From Fonticula-like sp. SCN 57-25 (Eukaryota), in contig MEDX01000006.1 of assembly GCA_001724245.1 (NCBI GenBank), positions 1-64,000 of the forward strand: a stretch of DNA of 64,000 nt, in the 5' to 3' direction. Positions 12,228 to 24,401 of the stretch are shown in pieces. How positions within the stretch are numbered: position 1 is the first letter of the stretch; each line of letters starts with the position of its first letter. The notes beneath the pieces are model-generated. The model saw only the letters and a program-made list of their open reading frames with translations. It did not search any database and was not told the origin of the DNA. Both the position numbers and the translations under genes were made by a program.

Positions 12228-12602
12228 GCCGGTCAATAACATTTTTTCACTGTTATTCCTCATTTACCTGCCTCATTACTGGCCAAGGCTCATTCGCTGC
12301 CCGTGGTACAGTTCACCTAGGAATACCATGCGGATACTCTTGGTTTTTGGCCATAGTACTGTGTGGACAACATATCAGGCAAAGCGCCGCATTTATATGT
12401 ACCATGTAGCGGTATCCTCGCAAAATTAGTCGCCTGCCCCTAAAACATAATCAGACAAAATTAGTCAAATCAGAGCAATTTTTTGTCTCATCACGTGACT
12501 TGATATTGTTGAATTGCCGCACTTTGGCGCGCAAGTACGGGCGTCGGCATTGTGGGCGAGGCGGGCGCTTGGCGACCTTTCTTTACCGCTCCCGCTCCCG
12601 TC

Positions 12603-15600
12603 ATGTCGTCAGGTGATCCCGCGTTGTCTGACGCACTTGGCCGTTCGGCGCTACTATCTTCTCTTTTGTCTCAACCGCAGCTTTCTGTCCCTGATCTCGC
12701 TTCGTCGTTTCCAAGCAGCGGACCCCATGTTGAAATCGCTCTTGATCCGCTCCCTTCTAGTCAACTAAATCAGTTTGCGGTGGAAACGGAGGCGTGTAAA
12801 GATGACATGGAAAGTTTAGTTTTGTCTGCGAGTCCCATTCCTGCCGAGGGCATCGACGTCTCGACGTGCCAATTTTTTTGCGCCGCTCGTCAGTGCACGA
12901 GCAGCACGGCCGCGTCGTACCGCTCCTTTGCCGCTCTAATGGACCACGTAAACAAGGACCACAACATTACGCCCTCTACAAATATTTTTCGGTACTTTCG
13001 TATAATTTGCGGCGTGGACGGATGTCGCCGGTCATTCAGCGGGCTTGATCAGATCCCTCGCCACCGCTTTTCGTCGCATACACGGTGGGAAGCAGAGCGC
13101 ACGGCTGCCGTCAAGGCTGAGTTCTTGGACAATTCCAGCGCCGTGGTCAACAGCTCCAGCGACATTATTCCAACTCGTGCACGTTACGAGGAATTGTGTC
13201 ATGTGCAGGATCTGCGCGCACGGCTAGACACGCGGAAGCATAGCCGGGCAGATAATGCCAGCGGTGTCCTGGACGTCGAGGCGGAGGACGAGGACCCGCA
13301 AGGACCTGCACAGCAGATTAGAGCGGTTCAGGCCAAAACCCCCATCCGCAGGCCTAATGCGGTCAAGAGCGGAGGGGGCGCCGCCGTCGCCACTGTTGAT
13401 CTCGTCGCTCCGCTCATGGTCAGTAGCCCTTCCTTGAAGACCATCAAGGCGAGTGGAGTCAAGGCTGTCAAGGCTACTCCCCCCAAGAGTGTGAAAAAGG
13501 AGAGCAGCTTTGAAAAGGACACCACGATGGTTTGTGACGTCCAACTTTCTGGGGGGCCGATGCATCCGAAAACAGGTTCGAAATCCCTTTCACCTGTAAC
13601 CTTTTAGCTTATGCCGCCGTTTTAGAATCGTCAAAGGTGATTATTCAGGGCGCGCCAATGATGCAGCGTCCTTCCAAGACAAAGCCAAAGGACCTTTTTG
13701 CCTTGTTGAGCGACCCGTCGTCAGACTTGACGCTCGTCAGTCTTCGGGACATAGTCAACCTTGATGTTGTCAATGTCATGCTGAACGACCAGGAGCGCGC
13801 GCATCTTTTGAGTTTTTTGCCAGACGTCGATCGAGCAAATTCTAGTACGCGGCTTCCTTGGCCATACCATCGGCTTGCTAATGTACGTGTCTATTTAGCC
13901 GAGGAGACGTATGATCGATTGTTCAAAAGCAACTCGTCCTTTATGCGCGCCGTCGCAGAGTATCCGCGGCGTCTTGCGCGCGGCATGTACGATCCCGACA
14001 CAATGTCGATGTACAAAACCCGAGCAGAGCGGGCGCTGAAACGGCGACGTGATGTGTGGAAGGCGGAGCAGTACGAGGACTACTATGGCCAGCACCTTGG
14101 GCTGTCCAGCGAGGAGCAGTCGATCATTGCAGGGCACCTCAAGTCCACCGCCTTGGAGGGCGGAGGACCATCGCCCGCTGACTTGATTCGTATGCAGACG
14201 GCAAAGCAGGCGCCGTCCATATCCACTCCCGCCGCTGAGTCTCCAATGAAGAGCGTGACAATTTGGACTTCCAGCTCGAAGGGGTCCAGCTCCAGCAGCA
14301 AGAAGAAGAAGAAGAGCAGCAAGAAGCGGGACGGATCGGCACCGGCTGCTATGTTAGTCAAAACGATACGGAATCCGCCGCCATCGACTTCTTCCTCCAG
14401 CTCCAGGTCACGCCCGGTGTTGTCGCAGCCTCCAATGCCTACAGCCACGTTTACCAACCTCCCCCCTGAAGCGGCTGCACTTGCGCGACAGTTAGTTCAT
14501 GATCAGGAGGTGTGGGATGCTTCGTTCAACCCTTCAGCGCAAGTAGGGTTTGCATCCACGTCGTCCCAGTTCAAGAATGCAGAGAGTGCGGCGACGGAGG
14601 CAGATCCGGCGCTGGCCGCGGCTCTTTCTGTCCTCTTGGAATCATTCCGGTTCAAAGCGGCTCCGAGCGATCATTACTACACGCGTCGCAGTGCAGTACT
14701 AGGGGAAAAGTATGAGCGGGACCTCAAGTCGCACGTTGTCAAGAACCACCATGCCAGAAAGCTCGAACTAGTCGACACGAGCGTGAATTTGGACGCTTCA
14801 ATTAGTGTGTCAGAAAGCGTCGGGGACGATGATGTTTGCACCGTTAATGTGGACTCGGCGGTTGATTTAGTGGAGGCGGGAAGCGACGCCGGCGACAGTC
14901 ATGGCGTGGTTGTTGCAGCCGATAGTTATTCAAGCGATGAGAGTAACGAGTCTGATGGCGAGTCTGATGACGACGCGGATGCCGAGGCGAGCAATGAAGA
15001 CGACGACGACGATGACGACGACGACGACGACGACGACGGCGATTCGGAAGCTCAGTCGGAAGATGAGGAGGAAACCCGCGATGGCCACATTGCTTTTGAT
15101 GCAGTGGAACAAGGTGGTTTGAGCGACGATCTTGGCTCCATTGAAACCGACGACCGCAGCGCTGCATCAGCAAACTCTGTTGACCAAGAAGAAGCGGTCA
15201 ACTCGAGGGACATGAGTATCGATGATTCAATGGAAGAGAGTAGTGCCCCCCAACCGGCGTCGATTGCATTCGATCGTGATTCAATGTCGATCGCGGATGA
15301 GTTACAATTCGCGACGGCAGGAGACGACTATGAGGACGGCGACGGCCTTGGCTCTCGTACTGTGCCCCGAAGTGACGACGACGAAGTTGATGAGATCCAT
15401 TGTCTTTTAGACAGCAGCGCGGCTGGTCCCAGTTCCATGCTATCGGTGACAGTATCCACGCCCGCTCCGGTTCCCCGCGCCTCTCCGAGGAGTCTTCTAT
15501 ATTCACGCCCTCCTGATGTTTCGTCAAGGCGCATTGACACCCAAGAAAGCAGCAACCTCAAACGTTTATCGGACCAGGAGGAGACTCAAGAGTCGCAGGA

Positions 15601-16951
15601 GATTGATGTGGTGGGTGACTTTTCCAATCTTTTTCTTCCGTACACGTCGTCGAGGGTTGATAAGCCGGTAGAGGAGTCCCGTATGGGTGCCCTTTCTGCG
15701 CACCACACTGACGGTCGAGCCGAACTTGATGCTGGACCACAGAGCAGCAGTAACAAGGGACTTTTGGCCCCTCCGGCTTCGTCGCCCGTTGTTCCGTATC
15801 GCGTGTCTCCTCGGCGGCACGCCTCTGCTGCCTCTGCTGCTGCCACTGCTGCCGCCGCCGCCGCTGCTGCTGCTGCGGCTGCTGCTGCACCCAGTACAGC
15901 TAACGCGACGGCGGACAATATGGAAGGATCTACTTCTGTCGAGGACGTCGTTTCGGTCGATGCGGTGGCAGATCCTGAAAGCGAAACGATAGACATTCTC
16001 TCTGTGACGGCTCCGTCATCTCCCATGGCGCCTGCCCTTTCGACGCATCGTGCGGCATCGTCGCGCAAGCGAGTTTCAGCGGATTCCAAGACGGACGATG
16101 TTTTGCACCTGGATGACGTTCCTTCGAACAAGGGCATTGGTGAAGCTGCAAGCAAGCGCAGCCGCCGGCGCACGGGGGGCGGGGCTGACGTGCAGTCCTC
16201 TACGCCAAAGAGTACTCCTCCGCCGAATGATCCATTGGCTGAGGAGACGTCTGTGAGCAAGCCTGCGGGTACCCGCCAAGCCAAGAAGACGCTCAACGCA
16301 GACGCCACGCGCAAACGCAACAAGGGGGGTCCCGCGCCTTTGGCGGATCCCGAAGCCGTTTCGCCGTCGCCTCGGTCGCCTGTACCCACTGCTCATACAT
16401 TCATTGAACACACGCCGCCTGTCAAGCCTCCGTCGTCACCCAAGCCGTCACTCGCCAAATCATCTGCAACCGTGTTTGCTGCGCCCATCGCGACATACCC
16501 TGCGCAACAGGACTCTTTGCGTTTTCATCCCATGCCTGTTGCGCAGCCACGCCGAATGACTGGTTTGCAGGCGGAATCTCAGGCAGGCGCGGGGCCGTTT
16601 GGTCAGTTTCACGTGAGGAATTTCCGGCAGAACGACGTGCCACCTTCTGCCCCTTTGCAGCATCCTCAGTCGCAGGGCTTTGAGCGGCCGCCGCCCATAG
16701 CGCGCTATTCTTCCCATGAACAGTTCGCTCCGCCGCATCACCCGCAAGCGCTACCTGCTGCTCATTATTCGGCATCGTCTTCGCTACCCCTCGCTTCCCC
16801 GCTTTCAGCTCAGCAGCAAGATATTGTGCCTTTCCTAGATCGTCTGGTGCAGAATCCGGAGGCGCTGCGGATGCATCTACTCAACTTGCAGCAACAACAC
16901 ATTCAGCAGGTCCAGCATCTGTTCCGCCAGCAGCAACAACAGCGGCTCCAG

Positions 16952-16983
<32 letters not shown>

Positions 16984-16984
16984 A

Positions 16985-17021
<37 letters not shown>

Positions 17022-17374
17022 GTTTTCACTCCCTCCAAGCTCCGCATCAGATGCAGCACGAGCATCACGTTGTAGGGGACGGCGGGGATTTGGGTAGTTC
17101 TATGAACGGCAACGGCATCTTGTCGGTGGACTCTTCGTGGGATCCCATCCCGTTGCACCTGGCGCAGTCTCACGAGCTGATTCCGTCTTCATCGGCCGCG
17201 TCTTCGCAGACCCAATTGCTTTCGCATGCATATTCATCCATTAATCACCTAGATTTTGCACCAGCCCAGCCGCAATCTTCGTTTTCATCTGAGGACGAGC
17301 CCAGATCCTCCATATCTTTATCTCAAATGGAACAGGATCAAACGAGCAACATTGGTTTCATGCCACCGTCCTGA
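12603..17374 (+). CDS. Large chromatin protein: two C2H2-like zinc fingers + ASXH/DEUBAD domain + acidic, poly-Ala and poly-Gln low-complexity regions
   Basis: C-x4-C...H-x4-H motifs (CAARQC..HVNKDH; CGVDGCRRSF..HRFSSH). DEUBAD signature LLSDPSSDL..LNDQERAHLLSFLPDVD..F..AVAEY..RLARGMYDP..DVWKAEQYEDYYGQ. Introns 13576-13607 and 13845-13898 join the ORFs in frame. Confidence 0.8.
16949..17020 (+). repeat. CAG/CAA microsatellite encoding Q24
   Basis: Uninterrupted run of CAG/CAA codons inside the DEUBAD gene. The gene also has a (GAC)n poly-Asp tract near 14999-15037. Confidence 0.95.
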
Positions 17375-17629
17375 ATACTACCAAGCAGCGTCGTCTGAGA
17401 CGTTTCAATGTATAATTTAAGCTGTTGTATAATTACAATTATAACCGATAGATACAAAAAAATACAGTCGTTTTGAGTCTTCCGATGGTCAAGAGGCATA
17501 AATTACAGAGTAAATCAATCTTGAATACCATAAAGTCGGCACGACCAACATAGCACAGCCGTCACCATGACAAGAACATAATTATCACAATCCAAACAAA
17601 CATCATAATAGAATTGAATGCCATCACAT

Positions 17630-19031
17630 TTAGCTGAGTTTTCGTTTCTGGCTTGGTCTCTCGTGTTCAGAGCTTTCCCTGCGCACACGGCTCTCTCGCC
17701 GCCTTGCTCGTTCCTGCTCTCCGGCCGTGCTCACTACTGTGGTTGCAGGCGGCCTTGCCTTCATGACGTGCAAAAAGCTGCAGTCAGATCCCCTCGGGCA
17801 GACCCCTCGCTCGAATTGGCCTTGATTCCACTGGGTCAGCACGCGAGCAATGCAGCATATTCGTGCGTACCGCACACCGCCACGCGCCAGTCGGTGACGT
17901 GAGTAAGCTGGCACGAAAGCGGCTGTCCGTCATAAAAGCGCCCATTCAAGGCTTCAAATGCCGCCCTGGCCGACGCCGCCTGATCATACTGCACGAAAAC
18001 CGTCCCTCTCAAGTGTGCAGCAGAATTGCGGCAAACCTTTTTCCACACGCATTGTTGGTATGTCGAACAGGGCTATAGCGCGAGCGCACCTTGATAACCA
18101 GAATGGGACCAAAAATCGACATTTCTGGGATTGCATCGTCATAAAACACATCAAAGTCTTTGGCCAGCGCGGCTTGTGCCGCTTCGTCGCCCTCCTATTA
18201 GTGCACGAAAAATGTGAGTCGAGCGCTCGGTATCGCGCGGGAATCCGTACCGATGCCGACAAATGAGGCGACCTAAACATGTTGGAGACAACTAGTGTCA
18301 CCGAGGGATGGTCCGCAGAAATTTCATGTCGCCGCGTGCACTGCGCCCCCCGTCGGCAAAGGCCAGTCTTTTCAAAGAAGGCGCACACCGGCGCATTCTG
18401 AGGTGGCAATGCGGTGGTGGAAATCGCCGCCTTGCGAGCCGCAAGGTCGAACAGTGCAGCAGCCAAAGCAGCACTTTTCTGGCGTTCCCGCTCCTCCTCT
18501 TTCTGCAAAGGAAAGAACAATGTTACCACGGGCATAGCAGCACTTGATTATTACGTACCTCCCGCTTCGTTTGCTCCAGTGCCTCATCGCTCATCTCGCG
18601 CTGCTTGCGCTCCTCTGCTGCAATCAAAAAAGCGCGCTCAGCAGCCTCCCATTTCCTGCGGTCTTCCTCTCTACAGGGTACAGACACAGCGCGTGAGAAC
18701 CAGAGATGCCTATGATCATCCATAGAAACGCACAGTTGGCGTCGCTCCGCATCGGCCGAAGCGGCAAGCGCATGCTGCTTTGCAAGGTCAAGCAAGTCAT
18801 CTTCTCGTCGTTAGAAACACACAAAAATGCAAGCAGAAAATGAGCTATACCGTCTTCTCGATGTCGCCGTTGCTCAGCTGCTGCGCGGCGGCCTTTCTGG
18901 CGGCGGGCCTTCTTCCGCGCCGCTCGAAACTCGCGGCGAGGGAGGCGTGGCCTCACCTCGGTCCCAATGGCGGAGGCATCAGACTTTGCTTCACAAAGAC
19001 CGTCCAATGGCACACCCGCCGCTCCAGACAT
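17630..19031 (-). CDS. ZRSR2: ZRSR2/URP, U2AF35-related CCCH-UHM-CCCH splicing factor
   Basis: Basic N-terminus (REFRAARKKARRQK) and coiled coil; CAFFEKTGLCRRGAQCTRRH; VCRNSAAHLRGTVFVQY..ALNGRFYDGQPLSCQLTHVTDWRVAVC; CPRGSDCSFLH. Six GT-AG introns. Confidence 0.85.
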
Positions 19032-19301
19032 GCGCAACGGTTTCTTTCACAAGCAGCAGGCGTGTGATCGGCGTCGTGATGCGTTCACTAGACACCAACA
19101 GGACACCAAAAAACCAAACGATGACAAGGAGATTGCGCGCTGGTTTGCACCGATATTACAGTTCTTTGAGATTGCAGGCATTTTTTCTGGGCCTTCTGTT
19201 CAGCGAGTTTGTTAGCGGCAAACTGTTCCGTCTACGTGAAAAAGCGAAACTACAGACAATAAAATGTGTATTGCATGGTACAAAGTAAGGTTGCCTAAGC
19301 T

Positions 19302-21025
19302 TTACTGGTTCGCCGCGGCCGGCGATTTCGAGAACCCCTTGGACATAATTTCTACATCCTCCTTGCTCTCATTCAGTGTCTCGACGAGGCACCGGATACC
19401 ATCCTGGTGCTGAGCAAGCGACTAGACAAAGCCAAACATGTGAGACGAGCAGCCAAAACAGAAAATGCCACAGCGTACGCTTGAGATCGCAGCGAGGGCT
19501 GTCTCATCAGTAATATTAAATGCTTCCTCGTTGCTTCGGCTCCCGCGCATCGACTTTTGTACATCAACAAATGCTTCGAGCTCCCTAATGCGGCCCTCAA
19601 AGACGGTAGGCTTGTTAAGCTCTTGATGAAGTGTTTCAAGCTGTAGGCGAAGGGCCTCCTCCTCGGGCTGAAGCACGTACACGCGATTGCGATGAACTTC
19701 TAGCATGCGCATGATCTTTGCCAAAATTGTTAGCTTTGCTCTATCGCACGGCCAAATGTGGCAGCCGCGGCATACCTTGATAAAGCGCTGGAAAAACTCC
19801 TGATGCCGCTGCCGATACTCCTCAAGCTTAATGACAGTTTTCTCGTGCATCTTCCCGATGGATTCTAGCTTTTCATCAATGGTCTAGATCGCCGTCCGTT
19901 AGCGCGGTACATTAGCAAAACGATAAAGACGCACTCGTAGCCCGCCCAAATGCTTCTGGGTCTGCTTGTCCTGCATATCAGCCCGCTTCTTCAGGTCCTC
20001 AAACCCAGTCGCCGCCACCGGATAGAGCCGCTCGGGGTCGGGATTATTCACATTGGCATGCTGCAGCATGGTGGGATCCATATTGGCGTGTTGGTATGAC
20101 ACGCCTGGCTCGCGCACATTGTAGAAAAAGCACTGAAAAACCAGAACAGTGAGGAACACGCAAAAATGCAGAGGAGGCATACGCGAAGGCGATTCTTGAT
20201 ACGTGCCGAATCAAACGTCATCAAATCGAGATCTGTTATGCTATCAGCCGGAATGACGGGCGCAGCAAGAGGGCCCGCGTTTCCATATGAAGGCGCAACG
20301 GCTCCAGCTGCGGTCGATCCGAACGCACCACTGCCGGCTCCAAAACTGCCAAAGCCCTGTTGTCCGCCAAAAGATGCACCACCAAAACCACCACTTGCAG
20401 GGGCAGCACCAAATCCTCCAGCAGCGGGTGCAGCACCAAAGCCTCCAGCAGCGGTCGAGGCACCAAATCCACCGGCAGCAGGTGCAGCTCCAAATCCTCC
20501 AGGTGCAGCCGATCCAAAGCCTCCAGGTGTGGCAGACCCAAATCCTTTATTGGCAGGGGAAGCACCGCCAAATCCTCCAGTAGCACCAAAACCGCCAGTA
20601 GCCGAACCAAATCCTCCTGTAGCGGGCGCAGCACCAAAACCTCCGGCAGCGGGAGCGGCACCAAAACCTCCAGCAGCGGGAGCGGCACCGAAACCTCCAG
20701 CAGCAGGCGCAGCACCAAATCCTCCTGCAGCAGGCGCGGCACCAAAACCTCCGGCAGCAGGCGCGGCACCGAAACCTCCAGTAGCGGGAGCGGCACCAAA
20801 ACCTCCTGCAGCGGGAGCGGCACCAAAACCTCCAGCAGCAGGCGCGGCACCAAATCCGCCGGCAGCAGGTGCGGCACCAAATCCACCGGCAGCGGGTGCG
20901 GCACCAAATCCACCGGCAGCGGGTGCAGCACCTGGCTTGCCAGCAGCAGAACTAGCACCAAAACCGCCTGCCGCTGAGCCGCCAAACCCCCCAAACCCGC
21001 CTGCGGGAGCTCCAAAGGACGCCAT
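19302..21025 (-). CDS. NUP54: FG nucleoporin Nup54/Nup57
   Basis: Long GGFG repeat N-terminus, CFFYN..NNPDPERLYPVAATGFEDLKKR, C-terminal coiled coil ending ..HQDGIRCLVETLNESKEDVEIM..*, TAA at 19302-19304. Confidence 0.9.
20609..20932 (-). repeat. 12 x 27-nt coding tandem repeat (GAAPA[A/T]GGF)
   Basis: Translation shows (GAAPAAGGF)5-GAAPATGGF occurring twice. Confidence 0.9.
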
Positions 21026-21158
21026 TTTGTTTGGCTGCTTTACAGCAGTCGCAACGACACGGCGCGGTGGATTGGTGGTTGGTTATAGTCGGTTTGCGTC
21101 GGTTAGGGGTCGGTTTAAATCTCACCCTTGTTGGAGCCATCACCAGCCTCTGAGCAAA

Positions 21159-21841
21159 ATGGCGACTGCGATGGCTGGACAGCGGCCTCAGGCACAGTTT
21201 GTGGTACGGGCGCGCTTTTATTATCTTTTTTTATTTAAGCCTTTTGTGGTGCATTTTTGTTTGGTTGCTTACGCTTCAATTTTTAGCCTGATGTGGACGC
21301 TTTCATGGTTGGCAAGGACGTCGACAGCGTTCTTCGTTCGCTTGACAGCCAGCATGGAAAGTTCAAGTTTATGGAGAGCAGCATGATGCAGCGTCGCGCT
21401 CAGCTCAAGTCCAAGCTTCCCGAGATTGAAAAGGCGCTCCAGAGCGTGGAGCAGCTCATCGCCCACAAGGACGACGAGGAGCCGATGGAGACGCGTTTCG
21501 AGCTTTCAGACACCCTTTTCGCCACTGCCAAGGTGTCGAAGCCCAAGTCGGTTTGCCTGTGGCTCGGCGTACGTCATCGCGCTCTTTTATTGGGCCTTTA
21601 TGGCTACTCTTTGTGCATACTTTCTCACCCGCATCGCGCTTTGTAGGCGAATGTCATGACCGAGTATTCCCTTGATGCCGCCCTCGCGCTCCTCACCAAG
21701 AACCGCGATGCGGCCACCGCGCAGATCAAGGGCCTTAACGAGGATCTCGAGTACCTTCATGACCAGATTGTCGTAACAGAAGTGAGCATTGCGCGCATCT
21801 ACAACTGGGACGTCAAGCAGCGGAGGCTCGCCAAAAAGTAG
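21159..21841 (+). CDS. PFDN3: Prefoldin subunit 3 (VBP1/PAC10)
   Basis: KFKFMESSM..LKSKLPEIEKAL, TRFELSDTLFATAKV, VCLWLGANVMTEYSLDAA, IVVTEVSIARIYNWDVKQRR. Two introns. Confidence 0.95.
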
Positions 21842-22217
21842 AACGGGAGATTCAGAAGCAATGAAACATCCATTTGAACTGTAATAAACACTTTTCTTTT
21901 CATGGGCTGCGTTGAATAACCGGGTCAATTTCCGTAATTTATAGCATGCAAACAAAAAGGCATAATGTCAATCAATATAAGGACGGCGTGAAAAATTGGA
22001 TTCACGAGCGGACCGGGGCGAAAAGAAGAGCAAACCAAAGGGCAATTGAGGCGATAAAGTAGCAAGGCGTATTCAGATAAATGCCATCAACGTAAACGCA
22101 AACGCAGCGTACAGACCAAATTTAGTGCCCGGACCAACACTTCATAATAAACTATTTCTCAACTCAGCTGTCAGTACTATGTCGCAAAGTGTCCACAGGG
22201 AGCACAAAAGGCCGGGG

Positions 22218-23293
22218 TCACCCTCGAATGTCCTCCTTGCTCGCCTCCTGTATAAGAACTGTAGCGCGATCACGTTGCTTAAAGTCCGAGGGGTTCTCAT
22301 TGAACCGACTTAGCAGGCTCGAAACATGGTCATCGCTTTGCGAGAGGTCCACCAGGAACGGGATGAGGTCGAGCAATTCCGTGTCGCTGGGATCGTCCAG
22401 CCTGCAGAGCACGAATGCGCGTTAGATAAGCAGTAGCTTTAGCTAAAGGATGCGCACCAAGTAGAGATGGAGAGCGCGTGCTCCGGATGAAATATGTAGG
22501 ACGCAGGGGAATTGTCAATAATGATTGTACTAGGAAGAATCCGGCCAAGCTTGGAAAGATCTTTAACATAGTTGCCGCGGTGAAAGTGGCACGATTCCCT
22601 GAACAGCCGATGATGTACAGCGCGGTGGATGTCAAGCTGATCCAACACGGGATCCGCATACTTTGACAGGCTCGCGGTAAAGACAACGATTTCGAAATAG
22701 CGACCCATGACAAGAAGGAACTCGTCAACAAAGGGGCGCTTGAGGACGTACACCTGGTGTTCTTGCCCATCAATCTCCACAGGAATAACAAAGTCCGCAT
22801 TGTCCACATGCTAACGGGCAAGAATTAGCATGGCAGAAACAAGAAAGAAGCGCCAAGGTGCGACTTACCTTGAAAGAGCTGTGAATAAGTGTCTCGTCCA
22901 TGTCGAGGACAAGGCACTTTTTATGCATCAAATGTGCGTCCTGGGCCCTCAAAAGCGAACGCTCCGCAACCTGTACAAAGAAATTAGTACTTACGAGCAC
23001 AGCTCCGAATATGGGCGCACGAGAGTCGTCGGCGCCTTTTCCCTCATCGGCGCTGTTTGGTTTTCCGACGTGCATCGTAGCCAATTGTACAAGCGCGATA
23101 ATACAGACTTGGTGTGCTTCTTCTTGTGCGGCTTCGAACGACCTAAAAAACAAAGTAAGCCTCGCACAATACTCGATGATTGCTACGCACCAGCGTCATT
23201 GTCTAGTGTTGTGACTTGAGTAATAATTCCGCGGGTTACATCGTCTGGGGTCTGCACAATGTAGCTCTGCGCGGTATTCGAAACAGTCGCCAT
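22218..23293 (-). CDS. Small CTD phosphatase (CTDSP/SCP, Psr1/2 family; HAD DxDxT)
   Basis: [72 protein letters not shown]-terminal IITQV motif as in CTDSP proteins. Confidence 0.93.
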
Positions 23294-24287
23294 TTTAAAG
23301 GTCGTTTTGCTTGGTGACTATTCCTTAGTCAAGAGCACCGAAGGAAAACCAGGAGAAAAGCAGATTGGCTGCTGGGGCCGCCCCGTCGAATCTTGGATCG
23401 ACGGTAACACAACAGGAAAACAAAAAAAAGACCGAGAAAAGAACTTCACTCGCTCCTCCTCTCTGAAGTGCAGCAAGTCCACGCTACGCAGACCGTCTTC
23501 CTACTCCGTGTCTCTGCAGCACGCGCACCCGACACACGCAGGCCAGCTGCCTTGGCCACCTGGGCACTTACGGTCCTCCCAACAAATGGGCGCACAGGTG
23601 CCACAGGAGCACCCCACCCACCAGTGCCAAGAACCAAGAGTCTGGGGTGGATTATAGGCGGATGGCCAATCACATTCGTGCTCAACTTCCCAAGAAGGAA
23701 ATGTTTTGTACAATCCAAATGACCACGGGTTCAACTGGTTTCAAAGTGTTTCAAAGGGAGGGGCGTAGTGGTTCTGCCGCAAATCAATCGCATAAAAAGA
23801 TAAATCACTCACACAGCCTAGCCCAAGCCAAGGACTGCCTGATAATGAGCAAATTCTTGTAATGCAAGGACATCGGCTCATTGGGCAAGTCCTCGTTATG
23901 CATGTCCGCACCATCCGTGTTATTTGCTTCTGGTAGGGGCTGAAACAAAGCGAAGCAAAAGTTATACCATCAGTGCTCCATTAAGAAACCATATTTTCTG
24001 CGATTACCGCAAAAAGTAGTGGGAACTTGTAAGACTCGAATATATATGGTCGCTATAATGGTGTATTGTTTGCCGCCTGAACAATGTGCGCTGACGCTAA
24101 AAAGACACGCAGTTATGAGATTGCGTAGTATCCAAAGCTGTGAGCCCGCCCACCGCTTCATGCTAGCAAGAGTTGTCGCGCTCGCTGAGCATTGCATGGG
24201 CGCCGTCATCAGGTCAGATCCGGGTCGATCCAGGTCAGATCCAGGTCAGATCAATATGATGTGTCAGCATCAAGACGATGACCGCGG

Positions 24288-24338
24288 TTTGGCGGGAAGC
24301 CGCCTGCGCGTCAAAATGGCCGAAGGGTGTTTTCGCGC
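24288..24338 (+). promoter_or_regulatory. Two E2F-type sites upstream of REC8
   Basis: TTTGGCGGGAA at 24288-24298 and TTTCGCGC at 24331-24338, 65-115 bp before the ATG. Confidence 0.45.
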
Positions 24339-24401
24339 GCACATTATTCGCGTCTGGTTGCCAAGGCTAGCGAGCAAGCGAAAGTCAAGGAAAAGGGAAC
24401 T

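Noticed and set aside
20166-21386. 406-aa Pro/Ala-rich ORF on the + strand
   Set aside because: Antisense shadow of the NUP54 FG repeat that runs through the promoter into PFDN3 exon 1 and its intron.
22971-22994. Apparent 24-nt GTAAGT..CAG micro-intron in the CTD phosphatase gene
   Set aside because: It gives a frameshift. The upstream GTGCGC donor gives an in-frame ~50-nt intron.
23307-24400. Several short ORFs between the CTD phosphatase and REC8
   Set aside because: No coding-like codon bias or recognisable motifs; most likely UTR and promoter sequence.
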